Assembly (NCBI GenBank): GCA_964416155.1
Contig: CAYQCW010000005.1
Coordinates: 32,001 to 96,000, forward strand
Reading direction: 5' to 3'
DNA from: an uncultured Nitrososphaerota archaeon
Lineage (GTDB): Archaea; Thermoproteota; EX4484-205; JAAOZP01
Length of the DNA stretch: 64,000 nt
How positions within the stretch are numbered: position 1 is the first letter of the stretch; each line of letters starts with the position of its first letter. The notes beneath the pieces are model-generated. The model did no database searches and had not been told where the DNA came from. It saw nothing but the letters and a program-made list of their open reading frames with translations. Made by a program: the position numbers and the translations under genes. Below are positions 58,177-64,000 of the stretch, piece after piece.

Positions 58177-59022
58177 CTATGTTTTTATCGTGTACTCGCA
58201 GTATGGGTCTCCTTTCGCTATGCATTTTGTTTCGACGGCTTTCACCTCTTTCTCGAATATGCTTGTTAAGAATCCTGCTAGGACGCCTCTGGTGAAGTGC
58301 CCGTAGGGTGTTTCACTATCCTTGCCGGTTTCACACTCGAAGCTTTGATATACACGTATCTCTGCTTCTCCTTTTTCAACGTTTAACCTCACAATATCAA
58401 TTATCCCCCAGCCGGATGTTCTAAAATAGGCCTTACTGAGCCCGACTAGTGTCTCAGGATCCTCTATGCGGGTGTCCTCCCTATAGGCTTGGCATGTTCT
58501 ACACCCTACGGCAAAGCCTTGATAATAGAGCATTGCTTCCCCTGCTGTTCCAAACTTCTCCCTTATCCCTTTGAAAAGGGATTCGTAGACCCTCCTCCTG
58601 AATATTACAGCCCTCTTCTTTCCAAAGACGAGCGGGAAGAAATAATTGTCGAAAAGTAATCCTTCGTAATTCGGTACTATGAGGTGGGCGCTTCTTACGA
58701 AAGGCTGTTTCCTGACAAGTCTCAAAGCCTCCTGAGGAGTAACACTTGTGTCCGAGAAATCTAGGAAAACAATCGCCTTAGCAAGACTATCGTGTGGCTC
58801 AACATTGGAAAATTGGATAAACCTTATTACGATTCCTGCTTGCTCAGCAACCTCGGCAAGTCTCCTGATAACACCTTTCTCAACAATGGTCTCCAGAACA
58901 ACACCATACCATCTCTGACCCGCGTCAAGAATCACCATCCTCCCCAAGTTTAAAGGGTTAAAGTATTCACCTGGCTGCGGCTGATACGTGAGCTCTTCCC
59001 CTACAACTTTACACTCCTCCAT
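58177..59022 (-). CDS. ACT-like plus V4R domain protein
   Basis: GWG, SFEC, FTRGVLAG, ETKCIAKGDPYCEY. Confidence 0.88.
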   Translation of the reverse strand: MEECKVVGEELTYQPQPGEYFNPLNLGRMVILDAGQRWYGVVLETIVEKGVIRRLAEVAEQAGIVIRFIQFSNVEPHDSLAKAIVFLDFSDTSVTPQEALRLVRKQPFVRSAHLIVPNYEGLLFDNYFFPLVFGKKRAVIFRRRVYESLFKGIREKFGTAGEAMLYYQGFAVGCRTCQAYREDTRIEDPETLVGLSKAYFRTSGWGIIDIVRLNVEKGEAEIRVYQSFECETGKDSETPYGHFTRGVLAGFLTSIFEKEVKAVETKCIAKGDPYCEYTIKT

Positions 59023-59405
59023 TATTCTTATCCTCCGGGTAGACGATTTCGTCAGTGTTAATTAAAGAAATGTTAAAGCAAAAGTTTACACACTGTAACG
59101 CGCACTAATCTTATAATGGCGAAATCATGGGGAAAACTCGTTTCTTAGCCATTAAAAGGGTTGGTTCGTTTATCGTCTAATTCTACATCGCCTTGAATGA
59201 TGGCGAATTTTCAACGAAAGCATGAAAAGATGGTTAAAGGCAAAATCTTAGAAAAACATCTTAAATAATATGTTCGCCACAGGGAGATTAAACAGGCTTG
59301 TCGCATAGGTCCAGATGTTGATTAGGAATGATAATTGGTCTTAGAATTAACACTTATATCCCTTCTTTTAGTTGTCTCAGTGCTCCGGAAAGCGGGTTGA
59401 AATGA

Positions 59406-60119
59406 ATGTCGTCAAGCAGATACGCTGAGCTGATCGAGAGAATTACCCGTCTGTGCGATGAGGTTATTGAGAAGAATATTGATCCTTTCGTCGTCGATGT
59501 TAAGGAGAGTCTAAGGAGGCTCAGAGAGGGCTTGTCTGAGATGGATGAGAAGACCCTGGTTATGAACATGGCTGCGCTGCTTAAAATAATCTATGTTATT
59601 GCCCTCCAGCAGGAGGATGTTAAGAAGAAGGCTAGCAGACTATACTTGGACCCGTTTCTAATGGAGGTTAGGCTCATGGGCCTGGACAGGGAGAGGCTTT
59701 CAGAATCGTTCCTAAAGGCTTTCAGGCCTGTCGCTGAGAACGAGCAGGCCACCCTGGGGTGCATGCGTTTAGCCTACGGCTACTGGGTTAACCTCAGGGA
59801 ATACAGCCTGCCCGGAGTCGGAGTGGCTCCTGAGGCGGGGACGCTTAACGCGCTTGCCGAAATCCTTCCGATGGAGGAGGCTAACTTAGAGAGGGAGATG
59901 GAAAAGCTTCTCAGCGAGATTGGACGCGGAATGATCGACTATTATGATTTCGTGGGTAGAGAGGGTGAGGACAGGAAGGTATTTAGAGCACTAGTGTTGA
60001 GCTTTCTCATGATGAGGGGCCTAGTGGGGGTTGTTCAGGATCCTTTGAAGAACAGGGTCTGGATATTCAGGTCGAGCCCTAAAAACATTGGCAAGCATTC
60101 TGTGGCCCTGCCAGTCTAG
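59406..60119 (+). CDS. Kleisin-like protein (ScpA/Nse4-like)
   Basis: N-terminal IDPFVVDV plus helix; C-terminal wHTH ALVLSFLMMRGLVGVVQD...VWI resembling the kleisin cap-binding motif. Confidence 0.65.
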   Translation: MSSSRYAELIERITRLCDEVIEKNIDPFVVDVKESLRRLREGLSEMDEKTLVMNMAALLKIIYVIALQQEDVKKKASRLYLDPFLMEVRLMGLDRERLSESFLKAFRPVAENEQATLGCMRLAYGYWVNLREYSLPGVGVAPEAGTLNALAEILPMEEANLEREMEKLLSEIGRGMIDYYDFVGREGEDRKVFRALVLSFLMMRGLVGVVQDPLKNRVWIFRSSPKNIGKHSVALPV

Positions 60120-60132
60120 GAAGTGTTAAAGG

Positions 60133-60684
60133 TTGGAGCAGGAGGAGAGGATTAGGAGCAGGGTTGCGCGGGCCGTCCAACTATTGTTCTTCAAAAGCCA
60201 TAGGATTCCAGGCGTCAAGGGCTGGGAGCTAAAGAAGAACCTTGGGCCAGGCTACCTCTCAATAATCAAGTTTCTAAACACGCGCCTCCAGGACCTGGGA
60301 CTCACGATAAAGATTGTTTCAGACGACGGTAGGGAGCTCAGCATGACCGAGGATGAGAGCAGGCTTTCAACGGCAAGGTTCTACGTGACGCTTAGGGATG
60401 AGCTCAGCCTGACTGCAGCAAAAACCATGGGCTGGTCTATAGACGAGATAGCCGGCTTGGCTGTAGTGATATCTACAATAATCTCTAGAAAGGGCTCAGC
60501 TCCGGTTAAAGAGGTTGAGGAGATCCTTAGGAAAAAGTTTCCCGAGTGGCGGGTCAGGCTGAACCTCTCAAGGTACATTAAAAGAGGCTATATTGCTGAG
60601 GATGGGAGCAACCTTGTGTTAGGCTGGAGGACTTTTGCTGAGCTTGACGTTGAGAAATTTGTGCATTACATTTTAAGCGCTTGA
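60133..60684 (+). CDS. Kite-like tandem winged-helix protein (Nse1/Nse3/MukE-like)
   Basis: LNTRLQDLGLTI, RYIKRGYI...LVLGWRTFAELD; co-oriented with the kleisin-like gene. Confidence 0.65.
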   Translation: MEQEERIRSRVARAVQLLFFKSHRIPGVKGWELKKNLGPGYLSIIKFLNTRLQDLGLTIKIVSDDGRELSMTEDESRLSTARFYVTLRDELSLTAAKTMGWSIDEIAGLAVVISTIISRKGSAPVKEVEEILRKKFPEWRVRLNLSRYIKRGYIAEDGSNLVLGWRTFAELDVEKFVHYILSA

Positions 60685-60908
60685 CACCGTGTGTTTGTCA
60701 AAAGCCTGTTGCAAGCAGTGGGCGAAAGAATGCTTGAAAAGCATTCGGGCTGGTGACAGTTGCTTTACGTTGCGGCTGAAACTTGAATGCCAGTTTGGTT
60801 GAGGAGGAAAAATTGAGAGGCCTTGAGCTTGACGAAGAAAACACACGCGAATAATAATGAGATATGTGCGTTAAAAAGCTAAATAGTTTAGCATAATCTG
60901 TATGCGCC

Positions 60909-61203
60909 TTGATAAGAGTAGGTGTAGTGGGAGCAGGGGGCATATTTAAGAAGTTACACCTGCCGTATTACCGGTCGTCGAAAAAGGCTAGGTAATATGC
61001 ACGATATGAGCGAGGCGGTCAGCTATGTTCCTGAGATGCCTGACGATGACACCTGTCAAACTAGCGCGCGCTTCCGTCCTTGGGGCATTGAAGAACGTAG
61101 GCTTCACAGGATGGGTAATACTGGAAATCCAGCCGACGGACAATCCTCTGGTAGCCTGCAGGATGAGCTTGGAGTTTCTGCGCAGACTACTCTGAAAATC
61201 TGA
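60909..61203 (+). pseudogene. Gfo/Idh/MocA oxidoreductase remnant
   Basis: LIRVGVVGAGGIFKKLHLPYY then stop at 60995; remainder fragmented. Confidence 0.55.
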
Positions 61204-61274
61204 TTAGGGAGGATAGACTGATTTAAGCATAAATTTATATCGACAGAAAATTCATAAAATATTGGTGTTCAAGT

Positions 61275-62255
61275 TTGAAGTACAGAAAACTCGGAAGAAC
61301 AGGAATCGAGGTGAGCGAGATAGGGTTTGGCGGGTGGGGAATAGGCGGCGGGTGGGGACTGAAGGATGACGAGTCGGCTTTTCTCGCACTAAAAAGGGCA
61401 ATCGATCTTGGAGTAAATTTCTTTGATACTGCGTTGGTCTATGGGGACGGCCACAGTGAAAAGCTGATAGGAAAGGCGGTACGCAAGATTAGAGAAAACG
61501 TGGTGATCACCACAAAGGTTCCTCCAAAGACTTATAGGTGGCCAGTTTTGCCAAACGAGCCTATATCAGAAACGTTTCCATCAGAGTGGATAATACAATG
61601 CACGGAGAAGAGTCTCAAGAACCTTGGAACAGACTATGTGGATGTTCAGCAGCTTCATGCTTGGACAGACCAGTATACTGGCGAAAAGGATTGGCAAGAG
61701 GCTGCAGTCTACTTGAAGGAGCAGGGCATGATAAGGGCCTTCGGGGTGTCGGCAAATGACTGGGACCCTTACGGGCCAGTGAACCTGATCAAGTCCGGAA
61801 AGATAGATACTGTTCAAGTCATATATAACATCTTCGAGCAGAGACCTGCGGAGAGGCTTCTGCCAGCAGCGTTGGACAAGAATGTGGGTATAATAGTCAG
61901 GGTTCCTTTCGAAGAGGGTCTTTTGACTGGGAAGATTAACGAGAGCTACAAATTTGCGGAAGGAGACTGGAGGTCGGAATGGTTAACACCCGGCAGGATT
62001 AGGGAAGCGACGAGAAGGATAAAGGAACTTGAGCGCTTTCTTAATGAGGGTGCGCCTACTCTAGCCATCCTTGCCCTTAAATTCTGCTTAAGCCATCCGG
62101 CAGTGTCAACTGTAATTCCTGGAATGCGCAAGGTGTTGCATGTTGAGGAGAACTGTAAAGCCTCTGATGGCAAGTTGCTTTCTGAAGACACGTTGGTTGA
62201 GCTTAAAAGGCATGCCTTTGTGCATGGATGGGAATATCCTTGGAGTCAAAAGTAG
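61275..62255 (+). CDS. Aldo/keto reductase
   Basis: YRKLGRTG..VSEIGFG, FFDTALVYG, TTK, QLH, VIPG. Confidence 0.95.
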   Translation: MKYRKLGRTGIEVSEIGFGGWGIGGGWGLKDDESAFLALKRAIDLGVNFFDTALVYGDGHSEKLIGKAVRKIRENVVITTKVPPKTYRWPVLPNEPISETFPSEWIIQCTEKSLKNLGTDYVDVQQLHAWTDQYTGEKDWQEAAVYLKEQGMIRAFGVSANDWDPYGPVNLIKSGKIDTVQVIYNIFEQRPAERLLPAALDKNVGIIVRVPFEEGLLTGKINESYKFAEGDWRSEWLTPGRIREATRRIKELERFLNEGAPTLAILALKFCLSHPAVSTVIPGMRKVLHVEENCKASDGKLLSEDTLVELKRHAFVHGWEYPWSQK

Positions 62256-62272
62256 GCACGGTTACGTTTATC

Positions 62273-64000
62273 TTAATCCCGGGCGTTTGACTCTTTATCG
62301 TTCGCCTGAAGCCTTCTCCTCTCCGCATCCACAATCATCTTCAAAAGGTCTTCTCCAGTCATGCTCCTCCTCAACAATATTTTTTCGACAGTCTTCAGAC
62401 TTAATCCTCTTCCAGCCAAGGCTAGAGCGGCGTCACTGCCGTACTTCTCAAGCAGCTCCGCTGTCCTCGCAATCCTCCTGAAAACCGTCTTCGTCTTTTT
62501 AGATTTTCCACGTCTAATCCTAACTCCTGGAGTAGGGTTCACTCCAAGCGTGCCACCGCACCTGCTACATCTAACCCCCGGCGTGAATTCTCCTGGTTTA
62601 ACAGTGCCGTGCGTAAGGCCGCATTCGCCGCAAACAAGCTCTAAAGAGGTGTTCCTAAGCCTTGCGGAAGCATACATTAAAACTATTTTTTCAACGTTCT
62701 CAGGCGTGTAAATATCGAGATGCCTCTCAGCCTGTCTTAGAATCGGCTGAGCCAAGGGGGAGGGCTCGCCAAGGTTCTCGTAGATCACTGCTTCCACCCT
62801 CCCGGAGGACAGGTCTCTTAAAAGCTGTAAGAGGGGTTTTGCCTCATAGTCTTTAGACAGAAGCTCTTTAACAGCCTCATCGTAAACCACGGTGCCTCTA
62901 CTACTCCTTATCAGGGTTTCAAGCCTTATGGAGGTTAGGTCAGCATCCTTCTCTATTATCCCCATTCTCCTGGCGACGTGCAGAAACCTTCTTTTGAACA
63001 ATCCCACTGTCTCAATGTTTTCAAGCATTATCCTCTCAACATCCTTCTCGCTGAGACTCTTAATCCTCTCAAGTATGATTGAGGGTGAGATTGCTCGCTC
63101 AACCATAACCCTGTAAGGGTCTCTGCTCACCGGGACGGTTAAGCCTATTTCGGAGAGCACTATGTGGCCGACGACTCTTGACAAGGCCCTGTTCCCCAGA
63201 TCCCCTAGGCAGACGTGTATGATGGTGTAGTCCCTCCATTTCTCGAAAACTATCCTCCAGTCTGTTCCAACCGGGATGTTTCTTTTAAGACACTCCACGA
63301 TTGGTTTAACGGCTTTAAACGCAATATCCTCGTCAACCCTATAGTTTTGCGAAACGGCTTCAGCAATCTCCTTCAAACCCAAGCCCTCGGAATACTTTTC
63401 CTCAACCATCCTTCTTAAAGCACCCACCTCCATGGCTGTTTCATAAACCACGGGTATTTCCTCGCCAGTCCAGAAGGGTACGGCTCCAAGCGGGTCCTCA
63501 GCCCTCTTCACAATAACCCTGCCCTCGTAAACCTGGATTATCGACCAAACTAGGCCCCCCATTACGAACTTGGTGCCTGGGAGCCCCTTCTCCGCAACGA
63601 ACTCCTCATCTAGGTTTCCTATAACCGTGTTATCCTCCTCGTTCACAACCGGGTACTGTTTGATCTCAGGGATGCTTGAAACATGCTCGAAGAAGAACTT
63701 TATCAACCCGCTCTTCCTCCCCGCTCTGACCGCGTCACTATACTCGTCAAAGGCCAGTAGCCTCGGGTATTGTGACGAAAGGAATTCCAGAACCCGTTTC
63801 AAGGATTCTCTTGAAAGCCTCGCGTACGGTGTGCTTCCTCGAACCAGTTTCAGGATCTCCTCCAATGTTAGCCTAGGTTTCTCAAGAAGCATTCCGACGG
63901 TCTGATGCGCCAATATGTCGAATGGCTCTTCAGGGGGTGAAACAGGCTCGTAAACATTGTTTAATGCTCTTCTCCTTATAACCATGGATTCAACAGCATC
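62273..64000 (-). CDS. lhr: Lhr-family helicase, C-terminal part (5' end outside window)
   Basis: PFDILAHQ, SSIPE, IGNLDEEF, VPFWTGE, RFLHVARRMG, C-terminal CxxC-CxxC; frame open to the window edge. Confidence 0.88.
   Translation of the reverse strand, partial: DAVESMVIRRRALNNVYEPVSPPEEPFDILAHQTVGMLLEKPRLTLEEILKLVRGSTPYARLSRESLKRVLEFLSSQYPRLLAFDEYSDAVRAGRKSGLIKFFFEHVSSIPEIKQYPVVNEEDNTVIGNLDEEFVAEKGLPGTKFVMGGLVWSIIQVYEGRVIVKRAEDPLGAVPFWTGEEIPVVYETAMEVGALRRMVEEKYSEGLGLKEIAEAVSQNYRVDEDIAFKAVKPIVECLKRNIPVGTDWRIVFEKWRDYTIIHVCLGDLGNRALSRVVGHIVLSEIGLTVPVSRDPYRVMVERAISPSIILERIKSLSEKDVERIMLENIETVGLFKRRFLHVARRMGIIEKDADLTSIRLETLIRSSRGTVVYDEAVKELLSKDYEAKPLLQLLRDLSSGRVEAVIYENLGEPSPLAQPILRQAERHLDIYTPENVEKIVLMYASARLRNTSLELVCGECGLTHGTVKPGEFTPGVRCSRCGGTLGVNPTPGVRIRRGKSKKTKTVFRRIARTAELLEKYGSDAALALAGRGLSLKTVEKILLRRSMTGEDLLKMIVDAERRRLQANDKESNARD

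Noticed and set aside
55636-60684. Wadjet (JetABCD) or Rad50-Mre11 assignment
   Set aside because: No JetD/Toprim nuclease, Mre11, NurA or CxxC zinc hook seen; head motifs are closer to SMC5/6
1-64000. CRISPR array, rRNA, IS transposase or integrase
   Set aside because: No regularly spaced repeats, rRNA-like tract or transposase/integrase ORF noticed by eye; short or degenerate repeats could have been missed

Overview
Archaeal chromosomal segment. Gene content (Gins23-MCM, CdvA, TFE-beta, eL22-like protein, Smc-ScpAB, class I CCA enzyme, intron-containing tRNA) points to a TACK/Thermoproteota lineage such as Brockarchaeia or Bathyarchaeia; this placement is inference. Most of the window is housekeeping: tRNA maturation and charging (elp3, gatDE, trm11, rnz, thpR, cca, trm1), replication (hel308, mcm, gins23, rfcS/L, divergent orc1/cdc6), lipid synthesis (uppS, GGR) and the rps8e-srp19-gar1-TFE-beta-rlmE cluster, interrupted by small AT-rich or decayed islands. 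Main observations: (1) two different SMC systems about 11 kb apart, a canonical smc-scpA-scpB operon whose Smc has a 162-aa mini-intein in Walker A, and a short, apparently hinge-less SMC5/6-like ATPase divergently linked to its own kleisin-like and Nse1/Nse3-type kite-like genes; (2) an unexplained operon of a membrane protein, two degenerate HerA/VirB4-like domains and a RadA/RadB paralog, behind a perfect 26-bp palindrome and a divergent membrane-anchored wHTH regulator (candidate DNA uptake/recombination module); (3) tRNA-Pro(GGG) with a 15-nt D-loop intron at 15/16; (4) a candidate stand-alone hairpin ncRNA; (5) conserved genes lacking ATG/GTG/TTG starts, including an S30e gene missed by the ORF track; (6) an archaeocin-like secreted-protein/ABC-exporter island. 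All calls come from motif recognition by eye; no searches were run.
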